From sequence record NC_020079.1: a stretch of DNA of 64,000 nucleotides. One strand, written 5' to 3'. This DNA is from Escherichia phage phAPEC8. The notes beneath the pieces are model-generated. The model was not told the origin of the DNA. It was given only the letters and a program-made list of their open reading frames with translations, and did not search any database. A program made the translations under genes and the position numbers. Positions 1 to 9,244 of this stretch are shown piece after piece. Position 1 is the stretch's first letter. Each line of letters begins with the position of its first letter.

Positions 1-504
1 ATCGTGCAGCCAAAAAGATTCTACTCTACAAACACAAATACCGTTGATAATGAAATCTACACAGGCTTTATTATTTTCGCACACTTGTTGACTATAAACA
101 ACCCCTAAAGAGTCATAAAGTGATCTCACTGTTGCTACCATTTCATCTGTTTCGTCTTCCTGTGAAACAAAGAAAACGAATACAGACAAGTTATTAGCGA
201 AAGTATTGCTATTCTCTACTTCAACCGACTTACAAGGTAAAAAGGAGTAATATTTACCGTTAGGTATCAATTTCGCCTCAACCTGGTTAAGTATGCTTTG
301 AGATGGTTTTGTTACATAAAAAAGATTTTCTGTTGGGTTTTCAACATTACTCCTTACTATGCAACGAGTGGGGTTCGAAGGATCAAAAACATGATCGAAA
401 TCGACACACACAGGTAAGTTAACAACTTTAAACTTTTTGCTAAGAATGCTTACTGCTGTAAAAATCAAACCAGCATTTATTTTGCCAGTGAAAGTTGAAC
501 GCAT
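1..504 (-). CDS. hypothetical protein, 3' end truncated by window edge
   Basis: ATG at 504..502 preceded by GGAG RBS; hand translation shows no stop down to position 1 (MRSTFTGKINAGLIF...); not in the ORF track because it runs off the edge. Confidence 0.5.
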   Translation of the reverse strand, partial: MRSTFTGKINAGLIFTAVSILSKKFKVVNLPVCVDFDHVFDPSNPTRCIVRSNVENPTENLFYVTKPSQSILNQVEAKLIPNGKYYSFLPCKSVEVENSNTFANNLSVFVFFVSQEDETDEMVATVRSLYDSLGVVYSQQVCENNKACVDFIINGICVCRVESFWLHD

Positions 505-518
505 AACTACTCCTCGGA

Positions 519-713
519 TCATTCTACCAAAGAGAATTCCGCCTCTTCCAGGTAGATTACAGACCTTGTTGCATGATATTTAACGCTCCAGAAATTACCT
601 TCGCGCCGTAAAAGTATCTCATTCACATCAAGATTGCTTAGAAAAACCATATAACTTAAAGCTTGTTGACGCGTTGAGAATTGTTTCTCTAAAAGTTCTT
701 CTCCGCTCTGCAT
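519..713 (-). CDS. hypothetical protein (64 aa)
   Basis: ORF track; co-oriented with the leftward gene block. Confidence 0.4.
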   Translation of the reverse strand: MQSGEELLEKQFSTRQQALSYMVFLSNLDVNEILLRREGNFWSVKYHATRSVIYLEEAEFSLVE

Positions 714-758
714 AATCCCTCCTTAAAATACTCCCTCCGAAAAGGGAGTATAAGTATA

Positions 759-962
759 TCACGTAGTTGTTATGTTGTCTTCTTGGATTCTAGAATCCAC
801 TTCTGCAAACATATCTTCTGCACTGTAATTATTTCCAGTCCAGCGTGATAAAAGGATAGCACCAATCTCTTTTGCATGAGATTCGGACTCCGCATAAACG
901 TTAGTCCCAGTGTCACCTTTTTTCTTTTCATGTGCATAAATGCAGTAATAATTGTAAGCCAT
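759..962 (-). CDS. hypothetical protein (67 aa)
   Basis: ORF track; stop/start abuts next gene. Confidence 0.4.
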   Translation of the reverse strand: MAYNYYCIYAHEKKKGDTGTNVYAESESHAKEIGAILLSRWTGNNYSAEDMFAEVDSRIQEDNITTT

Positions 963-1198
963 TAATCTTCCCAGTCATTGCCCTCGGTAGAGTGAACTAA
1001 AGCTCGCACGATACCACCGTAATCTACTGCCTGATTTGCAGCATGTTCGGCATAAACTTCAATGGCTTTTTTGAAGAAAAGAGCAGTAGCTGCTTCAATA
1101 TTATCCATTTCGCCATCTACGTCAGTAGAAAGTGAAAGGTTGAGGCTTTCATCTACTTCATCAAAATCAATAGCCACTGTCATAATTAGTTTACCCAT
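962..1198 (-). CDS. hypothetical acidic protein (78 aa)
   Basis: ORF track; tight packing with neighbours. Confidence 0.4.
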   Translation of the reverse strand: MGKLIMTVAIDFDEVDESLNLSLSTDVDGEMDNIEAATALFFKKAIEVYAEHAANQAVDYGGIVRALVHSTEGNDWED

Positions 1199-1210
1199 AG
1201 TTCACACTCC

Positions 1211-1720
1211 TTAAACAAAATAAAATGGTTGAGAGAGGCCCAAACGATTCTTTGGGTCGTATACATACCAAGCGTATGCTGTCTTATCTGTTCCACCTGC
1301 AACAAACGAAGGCCGTTCTGAAAGGACTATAAGGTTTGTTGGTGGATTCTTTTGATGGAACTCTCGTCGTTTCTTTGACTCCAAGAAGCCCAACCGAAGA
1401 AGATAAATACAAACATCCGCCTCTTTTAAGCTCTTTTCCAAGAACTCCATTGCTAACTTAAATGGAGGATTTGTGATTATAATATCGGGACGATTTTCCC
1501 ATTTATGACTAAAATAATCTTTACCTTCTTCAAGTTCGCAATATTCTGAACCTTCAGGAAAATGGCGATAAATCGCTTCAGCTTCACCTCTACAAGGTTC
1601 TGCAAAAACCCAACCTTCTTCCTTTAGATTTTTGAAATCTATAACACTAAACAAACTATTGATTGCTTTTTGCGGTGTCGGATAATAATCGCTCGTTGGG
1701 CGATCATAATCTAATGCCAT
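1211..1720 (-). CDS. small phage Dam-like DNA N6-adenine methyltransferase
   Basis: DYYPTP near N-terminus and catalytic-type motif DIIITNPPF; about 169 aa as in small phage Dam-family enzymes. Confidence 0.55.
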   Translation of the reverse strand: MALDYDRPTSDYYPTPQKAINSLFSVIDFKNLKEEGWVFAEPCRGEAEAIYRHFPEGSEYCELEEGKDYFSHKWENRPDIIITNPPFKLAMEFLEKSLKEADVCIYLLRLGFLESKKRREFHQKNPPTNLIVLSERPSFVAGGTDKTAYAWYVYDPKNRLGLSQPFYFV

Positions 1721-2138
1721 CTAAAATCTCCTCTTTTGTAATATTATCCAACTCTTTAAAGGATGAAATCTCGTTTAATAATCCTATTTGATCAGCTTCT
1801 AGAGGATAAGTGTTTTTATCTGTTTTTCTAGACAGGATATCTTCAACAAACTTATCAATAGCCAAAGAAGAATCATAAAATTTTAAAAGTTGGTAATCCA
1901 TAGGAGATATTTTGTCATCTCTTAGAAATATTTCTAACATGTTTTCAGGAGTATCGTGGTTTAGTTTATGTTCACCAAAAATATTAACTTCGTAAACATC
2001 TTTGCCAAACCAACGTTTCTTCTTTTCAACAGTATAGGTTTTTGCCACCAGACCATCTAAACAGTTTCTTGCCCTCTTACATGTTTGACGGTAAGAGTGG
2101 ATAGCGCCTTCAACAAACTTAGCAGGAACTTGTAACAT
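1704..2138 (-). CDS. hypothetical protein (144 aa)
   Basis: ORF track. Confidence 0.4.
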   Translation of the reverse strand: MLQVPAKFVEGAIHSYRQTCKRARNCLDGLVAKTYTVEKKKRWFGKDVYEVNIFGEHKLNHDTPENMLEIFLRDDKISPMDYQLLKFYDSSLAIDKFVEDILSRKTDKNTYPLEADQIGLLNEISSFKELDNITKEEILDGIRL

Positions 2139-2183
2139 TATTAATCTCCTATGTTTAAGAAATGCCCCCGAAGGGGCAGTTTG

Positions 2184-2876
2184 TTAAATAGCGGTTCCTT
2201 CGAAATCCGCCACATTTACGAGATTAATATTTTCAGATTTAGAAGTCAAGTTGTTTTCTGCAACAGATTTTTCTTCAGTATCCGCCTCGTTACCTGCCAC
2301 GTTACGAGGTTCTTCTTCACCGTAGGGATTACCGAATTTCAAAAGATTGATCAATTCTTCTTTGGAGAAGTTTTCTAAATCATCGTCTGTTAATTCAATA
2401 ATCTCGTCTTGTTCTTCAATAAATGTTTCACCACCAGAAAAAGCATCTCGCTTTTTAGCTACTTCCATAGCCTGTTCTGGTGTTGCCCCTGCATCAAGAG
2501 CAGCTAAAGCAAAGTCTGACCCACTTCCTACCGCATAATATTCTTCATCAATCGGATATGCACGTGTTGGGTTGTTACCTTCGTGCAGGAAAATACGTCC
2601 GTCTGGATGAACAACAAGTGCAATAAACTCTTCATCTTCTTTATCTGGATCAGAGTGAATCATCAAACCAGGGACAGCATCACGTGCTGCTTCGCACTGT
2701 AGATTTTGTTCAAACCATTGAAAGAAAGAAAGCACGGAGGTCAGACGACCAGCACCACCTACAAGGTAATCTCCAATTTTTCGGACCTTTTTGAAATTAA
2801 TAGAATCTACACGTCCACCAAAAGTTACCTTACCGTCACTCAAAATCTTATTTTTGGTTGCAATAATTGTCGTCAC
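2184..2876 (-). CDS. HslV-like N-terminal-threonine peptidase (proteasome family) with acidic C-terminal tail
   Basis: N-terminus MTTIIA (Thr right after Met), KVRKI, GGAGRLTS, AVGSGS motifs align with E. coli HslV (TTIVSV, KVRRL, AGGTADAF, AIGSGG). Confidence 0.55.
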   Translation of the reverse strand: MTTIIATKNKILSDGKVTFGGRVDSINFKKVRKIGDYLVGGAGRLTSVLSFFQWFEQNLQCEAARDAVPGLMIHSDPDKEDEEFIALVVHPDGRIFLHEGNNPTRAYPIDEEYYAVGSGSDFALAALDAGATPEQAMEVAKKRDAFSGGETFIEEQDEIIELTDDDLENFSKEELINLLKFGNPYGEEEPRNVAGNEADTEEKSVAENNLTSKSENINLVNVADFEGTAI

Positions 2877-3379
2877 TATTCTTCCTCCTCTGTTAATGTT
2901 TTAAGAACCGCTTTCCCGCCATTCACATATTTGCAGATGTATTCTATCGCACGTAGTGTCTCTTTGTCAACAAAAATTTGATCAGACGTTGCGAGCGGGT
3001 TATTAAGAAGATCACTGCAATCACGAACAAGCAGTGCTTTCTTATTAAACAAATTACTTAAGAACAGTAACTTCGCCTCTTCTTCTGTTATGTGCAGAAG
3101 GCTAGGATCGGAGCCAGCTATTCCTATTATACAATCAAACAAGCTTTCTTTACTATCAGAAAGTTCTTGAAAATGGTTTAAAAGCCAATCTTCTCCTAGA
3201 CACCAACATTTAAACATTTCCAGTTTATCTCGGAGGGTCATATTCTCTAAAGTAAGAGCAATCTCTTTTTCAATATGGTTTACACAAATTTGACGAAATT
3301 CGTTAGGTTTTACGAGTCCCGTTTGATAGCACTCATCTATACCGCTTCTTCCGATAGCTATTGTTGCTACACCCATCAA
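2876..3379 (-). CDS. hypothetical protein (167 aa)
   Basis: ORF track. Confidence 0.4.
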   Translation of the reverse strand: MMGVATIAIGRSGIDECYQTGLVKPNEFRQICVNHIEKEIALTLENMTLRDKLEMFKCWCLGEDWLLNHFQELSDSKESLFDCIIGIAGSDPSLLHITEEEAKLLFLSNLFNKKALLVRDCSDLLNNPLATSDQIFVDKETLRAIEYICKYVNGGKAVLKTLTEEEE

Positions 3380-3411
3380 TCCTCCTTATAAATGGCTTCC
3401 CTGCCATGTTA

Positions 3412-4221
3412 TTAAATAAACACTTCAGTAATCAGTTTAGACAAACGTCCACGTTTATTATCGTCCGTTGTCAGTTCAACGTATCCAATAAAATCTACAA
3501 TTGGCTCACGAACACCTTCTTCATTTTCTGGATATAAAAGTTCCAAAATTTGATGCAGACCATTGCTACGTTTTTTAATTGCATATGTCTGGCGAACATC
3601 GCCTAATACAATAACATGCGTATTAATACCTGCACGTTCAATAAGAAGTTTAAGTGTTTCTGTTGACATAAGTTGTGCTTCGTCAATAATGACGATTGTA
3701 TTATCCAGGGTGGCCCCCAACAAATAGTTAGGAATATTCAATTCGATCTTACCTGATCCAATATCGTTTTCCAATTTGTTGGCTGTCATGAATTGCTGGA
3801 AAATACGTTTTGTAGATTCATAGTGTGCTGCTAGTTTATCTGTTTTATCCCCAGACAAGAAACCAATCTGGTCATCTCCTACTTCAGTAGGGTTCTTGAT
3901 AAAAAGTAGTTTACGGAAGTCTCCTGAACGAAGCATCTGCAAAGCTTTCCATAAAGCAACAGAGGTTTTACCAGTCCCTGCCGGAGCATTTACAACAGTC
4001 AGATCATTCCAGATCATGCTTTGAACAATCTTATTTTGGTCCCCTTCAGGCATAAATTCATCTAAACGGTAATCGTCATTACCTACCGCTTTTGCTGCAT
4101 AACGGCTTTCAATCTTTGCTGAATTAGCCAATTTCTGCCGTTGTGTTTTAGCTGCGGTTTTATTTCCCATAGTAGCACTCCTTTTAGAAGGGGCCGAAGC
4201 CCCTTTATTAGTTGTAAGCAT
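3412..4221 (-). CDS. phoH: PhoH-like ATPase
   Basis: Walker A NAPAGTGKTS and PhoH signature IGFLSGDKTDK. Confidence 0.8.
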   Translation of the reverse strand: MLTTNKGASAPSKRSATMGNKTAAKTQRQKLANSAKIESRYAAKAVGNDDYRLDEFMPEGDQNKIVQSMIWNDLTVVNAPAGTGKTSVALWKALQMLRSGDFRKLLFIKNPTEVGDDQIGFLSGDKTDKLAAHYESTKRIFQQFMTANKLENDIGSGKIELNIPNYLLGATLDNTIVIIDEAQLMSTETLKLLIERAGINTHVIVLGDVRQTYAIKKRSNGLHQILELLYPENEEGVREPIVDFIGYVELTTDDNKRGRLSKLITEVFI

Positions 4222-4708
4222 CTAAAGTTCCAGAAGTCAGAACTTTAATTACTCGTTCAGCACGGTTTGGCGTCTGGCTATACCATTGGCTTTTACGCAT
4301 GTTTTTACCTGCTTGAGTATAATATGCATTGCTGATTAAAGTCAAGCTATTTTGAAACCCTTCAGCACCTTTTAACCCCAACTGGAAAACCATGTTGATT
4401 ATTCCCAATTTACGAGTATCACTAACCTTATCATAGATTGGTGATAAGATAGCACTGTTTTTTATGTCTCTCTTCACTTTTGCAACATCGTCAGCAAAGA
4501 TTTGACGGGCTTCTTTTTCTGTGATAACTCCATTAGTCTTACGACCAAGAAGATTATCTAAGATTTGAATAGCCTTTGCTTTATCTTTTATTTTAGTCAG
4601 AAGGTGTCCTATGCCGACTGTCCAATAACCAAGATGGTCTTGATAAACAGTAAGCTTCAGTCCTTCATCGACTCGTAGCATATCAAACTCATCTACTACT
4701 TTAGCCAT
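4208..4708 (-). CDS. T4 e-type lysozyme (endolysin)
   Basis: Near-collinear with T4 lysozyme: MLRVDEGLKLTVYQD..GYWTVGIGHLL..INMVFQLG..WYSQTPNRAERVI. Confidence 0.85.
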   Translation of the reverse strand: MAKVVDEFDMLRVDEGLKLTVYQDHLGYWTVGIGHLLTKIKDKAKAIQILDNLLGRKTNGVITEKEARQIFADDVAKVKRDIKNSAILSPIYDKVSDTRKLGIINMVFQLGLKGAEGFQNSLTLISNAYYTQAGKNMRKSQWYSQTPNRAERVIKVLTSGTLDAYN

Positions 4709-4715
4709 TTACTTC

Positions 4716-4865
4716 CTATTCGTCGTCTCCTACTCCGTGATCCAACTCGTTAAACAACAGATGTTCTGGAGAAGTTTCACGTTTTGGTTTCGTTTTCTTT
4801 ATGTTGGACTTCAGCTCATTTGCCAAAGCACGAGAAAAGATCTTACGTTTCTGTTTACTTTTCAT
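4716..4865 (-). CDS. small basic hypothetical protein (49 aa)
   Basis: Hand-translated sub-threshold ORF with GGAG RBS; MKSKQKRKIFSRALANELK... Confidence 0.3.
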   Translation of the reverse strand: MKSKQKRKIFSRALANELKSNIKKTKPKRETSPEHLLFNELDHGVGDDE

Positions 4866-4870
4866 AATTG

Positions 4871-5131
4871 TTACTCCGCAATTTGAGCCATGAGATCACG
4901 CAGTTCGGTAAAACCGCCTACGTATGTTACCTCCCCGTTCACTTCAGACAGAATTTGTGGAAATGTGCGTGGAGGAACTCCGGTAAGATCAACAACTGTT
5001 TTAGTCATTGATTCTAAATCATAGTCTTGATCAAGACTTAAATATTCAAACTGTTTATTGCGCATGGTTAATAGTTGTTTTGACATTTCACAAAATTGAC
5101 AGTTAGGTTTACCAAAAATTACAAATTCCAT
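4871..5131 (-). CDS. glutaredoxin-like protein (NrdC/NrdH type)
   Basis: CQFC redox motif near N-terminus, TFPQI and GGF motifs; adjacent to the nrd genes. Confidence 0.65.
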   Translation of the reverse strand: MEFVIFGKPNCQFCEMSKQLLTMRNKQFEYLSLDQDYDLESMTKTVVDLTGVPPRTFPQILSEVNGEVTYVGGFTELRDLMAQIAE

Positions 5132-5973
5132 TACCTCTCCTTATTAAGTAATACTGCTAAAGACTGTTCAATACCTTTATTTAAATCTGATTTTGTAAGA
5201 TAGTGACTGGTTACTAGTTGTGACTTCATCGGACGTGCTGCTGGAGCATTATAGGTTGAAGCTGATACCGCCGATATCTTAACAGGTTCTGGCATCTGTG
5301 TCAAGATCTTTTCCGCAAACTCCGCCCAAGAAATAAGATGGCTTCCTGCAAAATGGTAAGTCTTAACAGACCTTGACCAACCTGTTCTTAATACTTCAAA
5401 AATAGCTTCTGCTAAATCTGGAGCATATGTTGGACAAGAGAACTGATCAGCAACAATAATAAAATCACGTTGTCCATCATTATAGCGAGACAACATGGTT
5501 TTTAGAAAGTTATTTCCAAATTCGCTATATACCGAGGCTGTTCGAATAATATATGCATTTGGGTTAACTCCTCGCACCATTTTTTCACCAAGTTCTTTCG
5601 TATACCCATAATTGTTTATTGGGTTAGGTGTAGTATCTTCAAAAATAGGATGAGAATAATTAAAAATATAGTCTGTAGAAATATGCACAAAATCAATTTT
5701 AAGTTTGCTGCACACTGCCGCAATATTTGCAGGTCCATACGCATTAACAGCCAAAGCAGTAGCAAAATCATGTTCTGCTTTATCTACAGCCGTATAAGCG
5801 GCGCAATTAATAACACCATCTACATAATCTTCAATAATAGCGTTTCGCACAGCTTCAAAATTTGTAATATCTACACGTTCTTTAGGATAAATTAAAGATA
5901 CATTTGAAGGAGCCACTTTACGTAAAGCTTGTCCCAGTTGTCCATTACCGCCCAATACCAGATATGTTAGCAT
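5131..5973 (-). CDS. rmlD: dTDP-4-dehydrorhamnose reductase
   Basis: GGNGQLG Rossmann motif, NCAAYTAVDKAE, STDYIF, YGYTK motifs matching RmlD. Confidence 0.85.
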   Translation of the reverse strand: MLTYLVLGGNGQLGQALRKVAPSNVSLIYPKERVDITNFEAVRNAIIEDYVDGVINCAAYTAVDKAEHDFATALAVNAYGPANIAAVCSKLKIDFVHISTDYIFNYSHPIFEDTTPNPINNYGYTKELGEKMVRGVNPNAYIIRTASVYSEFGNNFLKTMLSRYNDGQRDFIIVADQFSCPTYAPDLAEAIFEVLRTGWSRSVKTYHFAGSHLISWAEFAEKILTQMPEPVKISAVSASTYNAPAARPMKSQLVTSHYLTKSDLNKGIEQSLAVLLNKER

Positions 5974-6533
5974 ACACCCTCGCTACGTAACTGTTGAAAA
6001 GATTTAGCCATTGCATCTTTTGTTGATAGAATAGGTTTAAAACCTTCGTCAAAAATCATATCGAAGCCCCAATCGATCCCTATATCAGGATCATCCCAAC
6101 GTAAACTTTGTTCACTAGAAGGGTCGTATGGAGTTGTGCATTTGTATTCAAAGATAGCATCCATACTCAAAACTATAAAACCATGAGCCAAACCAGGCGG
6201 AAGCCAAAACTGCGTATGGTGTCGTGCACGAAGAACAACACCGTCCCAAGCACCGTAAGTTGGACTATCTTTACGTAAATCTACAGCGAAATCCAATACT
6301 TCCCCACTTACACAACGAACTAGCTTACCTTGCGGGTTATTTGTTTGAAAGTGCATTCCTCGCAAAACACCGAAGTTTGATTTAGACATGTTATCTTGAA
6401 CGAAAGTTTGTCTACCAATAATATCTTCGTATTTTTGTTCATTATATGTTTCTAGAAAGAAACCACGATCATCTTTATAAACGTCTGGTTTGATAATTAC
6501 CGCACCTTCAATTTTTGTTTTTTCTACTTTCAT
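5967..6533 (-). CDS. rmlC: dTDP-4-dehydrorhamnose 3,5-epimerase
   Basis: Start moved to the internal ATG at 6533 ([26 protein letters not shown]..), giving an ATGA overlap with rmlA; the track ORF extends 40 codons further into rmlA. Confidence 0.8.
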   Translation of the reverse strand: MKVEKTKIEGAVIIKPDVYKDDRGFFLETYNEQKYEDIIGRQTFVQDNMSKSNFGVLRGMHFQTNNPQGKLVRCVSGEVLDFAVDLRKDSPTYGAWDGVVLRARHHTQFWLPPGLAHGFIVLSMDAIFEYKCTTPYDPSSEQSLRWDDPDIGIDWGFDMIFDEGFKPILSTKDAMAKSFQQLRSEGVC

Positions 6534-7408
6534 TTTCTCTCCGCTAATTTGAGTAGGTATTGCCCGTACTCTGTTTTCTTCAGTGAGTTTCCATGATACA
6601 CCAAAGTCTCTAAAGAAATCCACCCTTTTTTGAAAGCAATTTCTTCCAAGCACGCAATCTTCAATCCTTGACAGTTCTCAATAGTCTGCACGAATTGACC
6701 AGCTTCCATCAGACTGGCGTGTGTTCCTGTGTCAAGCCAAGTAAATCCTCGTCCGAGAACTTCCACTTGTAACTTCCTGTCTTCTAGGTAGCTGCGATTG
6801 ATATCAGTGATCTCCAGTTCTCCACGCGCGGAAGGGGTTACTTCTAATGCACGTTGAATAACAGAGTTATCATAGAAATACAAACCTGTGACAGCATAAT
6901 CTGATTTAGGATTTTCAGGTTTCTCTTCAATAGAAATAGCTTGACGATTACTCCCAAATTCAACCACACCGAATCGTTCAGGATCTTTCACCAAATACCC
7001 GAAAATACAAGCTCCGCCCCAAACATCTACCATCTCACTGGCGTTAATCAGTAGTTTACCAAAGCTTTGTCCGAAGAATAGGTTGTCACCTAAAATAAGA
7101 GCAACAGAGTCTTCTCCGATAAAATCTTTACCTATGATGAAAGCTTCCGCAAGACCTCGTGGCTCGGATTGGATTGCGTAAGTGAGTTTTATCCCAAACA
7201 TAGACCCATCTCCGAGAAGATACTCAAAGTCTTCCTGATCACCTGGTGTGGTGATGATTAAAATATCCTTAATGTCAGCCAACATCAATACCGATAAAGG
7301 GTAGTAGATCATGGGTTTGTCATACACAGGGAGCAATTGCTTGCTCACACTGCGTGTTACCGGATGAAGGCGGGTTCCACTTCCTCCCGCCAAAATAATA
7401 CCTTTCAT
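6530..7408 (-). CDS. rmlA: glucose-1-phosphate thymidylyltransferase
   Basis: [19 protein letters not shown]-terminal nucleotidyltransferase signature; 292 aa. Confidence 0.9.
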   Translation of the reverse strand: MKGIILAGGSGTRLHPVTRSVSKQLLPVYDKPMIYYPLSVLMLADIKDILIITTPGDQEDFEYLLGDGSMFGIKLTYAIQSEPRGLAEAFIIGKDFIGEDSVALILGDNLFFGQSFGKLLINASEMVDVWGGACIFGYLVKDPERFGVVEFGSNRQAISIEEKPENPKSDYAVTGLYFYDNSVIQRALEVTPSARGELEITDINRSYLEDRKLQVEVLGRGFTWLDTGTHASLMEAGQFVQTIENCQGLKIACLEEIAFKKGWISLETLVYHGNSLKKTEYGQYLLKLAERK

Positions 7409-7416
7409 AACCCTCC

Positions 7417-8409
7417 TTAAATTTTCTCACTCCACCATTGAGGGTTGTTTAAGTACCATTCAATCGTTGAGTAGAGATCTTGTTCAAATGTAGAGTTTGC
7501 ACTCCAGCCCAGTTCAGACTCTATCTTAGAAGGATTGATTTCATAACGCAAGTCATGTCCTTTACGATCTTCAACAAAAGTTATCAAGTTGGAAGAAGGG
7601 TAGGTTACTGCTTCTGGATGTACAGTATCCATATAGTCACAAACCATATAGATGATCTCCATATTGGTTTTGGGATTACGTGTTCCAACATTATACGTTT
7701 GACCTGGTTCTCCACCTGTTGCCACTTGAAGAATAGCTCGCGCATGATCCTCAACAAAAAGCCAGTCTCGCACCTGGTCGCCTTTACCATACACCGGAAT
7801 CTCTTTATTCGTCAAGATACTTGTGATGATTTTTGGGATCAGCTTTTCTGGATGTTGATAAGGCCCAAAGTTATTGGAGCAGTTGGTTATCACAACAGGC
7901 AAATCGTAGGTGCGGTGCCAAGCTTTCACAAGATGGTCAGATGCTGCCTTAGACGCACTGTACGGGCTTGAAGGGGCATAAGCTGTCTCTTCGGTAAAGG
8001 GAACGCCAGAGTCTGCCATATCGCCGTACACTTCGTCTGTGGAGACGTGTACGAACATCTTCAGTTTATTTTTTGGGAGGAGCCTTGCAGCTTCCAATAA
8101 ATTGTATGTACCGATAATATTGGAGTCGATGAAAACTCGTGGATTCTTGATAGAATTATCCACATGACTTTCTGCCGCTAAGTGAATGATGAAGTCAGGA
8201 TTGCACTCTACTACTAAACTTTTGACCTGGGTTTCGTTTGCCAAATCTGTCATGCTTAGTTTAACGTGAGTGATATCGCCTACATTCTCAATATCTGCTG
8301 CATAGCCCATCTTATCAACGACAAAAACTTCGTTATTAGGATCTTGACAAAGAGAGCGCACCACGGCACTCCCAATAAAACCAAGACCACCTGTTACCAG
8401 ATAGCGCAT
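7417..8409 (-). CDS. rmlB: dTDP-glucose 4,6-dehydratase
   Basis: [24 protein letters not shown] and YSASK motifs of SDR dehydratases; 330 aa. Confidence 0.9.
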   Translation of the reverse strand: MRYLVTGGLGFIGSAVVRSLCQDPNNEVFVVDKMGYAADIENVGDITHVKLSMTDLANETQVKSLVVECNPDFIIHLAAESHVDNSIKNPRVFIDSNIIGTYNLLEAARLLPKNKLKMFVHVSTDEVYGDMADSGVPFTEETAYAPSSPYSASKAASDHLVKAWHRTYDLPVVITNCSNNFGPYQHPEKLIPKIITSILTNKEIPVYGKGDQVRDWLFVEDHARAILQVATGGEPGQTYNVGTRNPKTNMEIIYMVCDYMDTVHPEAVTYPSSNLITFVEDRKGHDLRYEINPSKIESELGWSANSTFEQDLYSTIEWYLNNPQWWSEKI

Positions 8410-8418
8410 CAGTTCTCC

Positions 8419-8745
8419 TTACCAGACATGTTGAGAAATAATAGTTTCCGTTTTAATGTTATATTTTTCAAGTAGCTTTGCATAGGCTTCTTTTGCATTC
8501 TCATTCAATTGCTCAAGATCTACAGCTATGCTTCCCTCTCCGCCTTCTAAATCAAGGCCATATATGCAATAAGACTCATCCGCATCGTAGAAAGGAGAGA
8601 TGCGGCTTAAGTCCAGACCTTCTTGTAAGAACCAGTTAAAATCTCCATCAAATTCTTCTTCAATTCTAGGATCTTCTCCTACAGCCTCTTCCCATTTATT
8701 AAAAGGTGCACCCTGTAACATACGCCATTCAATATCAATACCCAT
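8419..8745 (-). CDS. hypothetical acidic protein (108 aa)
   Basis: ORF track. Confidence 0.4.
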   Translation of the reverse strand: MGIDIEWRMLQGAPFNKWEEAVGEDPRIEEEFDGDFNWFLQEGLDLSRISPFYDADESYCIYGLDLEGGEGSIAVDLEQLNENAKEAYAKLLEKYNIKTETIISQHVW

Positions 8746-8920
8746 TTTTCATCTCCTCCTCTTCTTGAGCAGCTTTAATAATTGCTTCATAAATATCGTA
8801 AGCAATGCCTCCACAACATCTAGCTTCGAAAGCTATTGCTTCTGCAATGTGATCTGTTAATTCTCGTGGAATACGGACATACTCTTTTTCATTCTCCATC
8901 TTCCACCTCTTCTTTTTCAA
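8735..8920 (-). CDS. hypothetical protein; true start probably the internal ATG (MENEKEY..)
   Basis: ORF track (TTG-started); internal ATG overlaps the stop of the upstream zinc-ribbon ORF. Confidence 0.35.
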   Translation of the reverse strand: MKKKRWKMENEKEYVRIPRELTDHIAEAIAFEARCCGGIAYDIYEAIIKAAQEEEEMKNGY

Positions 8921-9035
8921 AGACTACTACTCGTCCCTCACCATGACAATTCAGGCAAGGAAATGTTACCATAATTTCCACTTCCATCTGTCCAGTCCCA
9001 CCGCACACAGGACAAAAAATAAGTTTTTCAGCCAT
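8889..9035 (-). CDS. small zinc-ribbon protein (48 aa)
   Basis: Hand-translated: MAEKLIFCPVCGG...CLNCHGEG; two CxxC pairs; start overlaps the upstream stop (TAATG). Confidence 0.35.
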   Translation of the reverse strand: MAEKLIFCPVCGGTGQMEVEIMVTFPCLNCHGEGRVVVFEKEEVEDGE

Positions 9036-9244
9036 TATTCCTCCTTAATTATTTCAAACTTGGCAACACCATTTACAATAATATGACCACAAGACATAAC
9101 TCCTAGCCAAGGATCGCCGTTTTTCTTCAGGCGTTTACCGAATACATCACAAAAACCATTCTTCATTTCGGAGGCTTCATAAGAAGCCCCTTTATCAAAA
9201 ACGTCTTTGAATGTGTCGATTATACCAACACATCTCAAAATCAT
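9035..9244 (-). CDS. hypothetical protein (69 aa)
   Basis: ORF track. Confidence 0.4.
   Translation of the reverse strand: MILRCVGIIDTFKDVFDKGASYEASEMKNGFCDVFGKRLKKNGDPWLGVMSCGHIIVNGVAKFEIIKEE

Noticed and set aside
7480-7971. 163-aa plus-strand ORF inside rmlB
   Set aside because: Antisense to a well-supported rmlB; no RBS; composition artefact.
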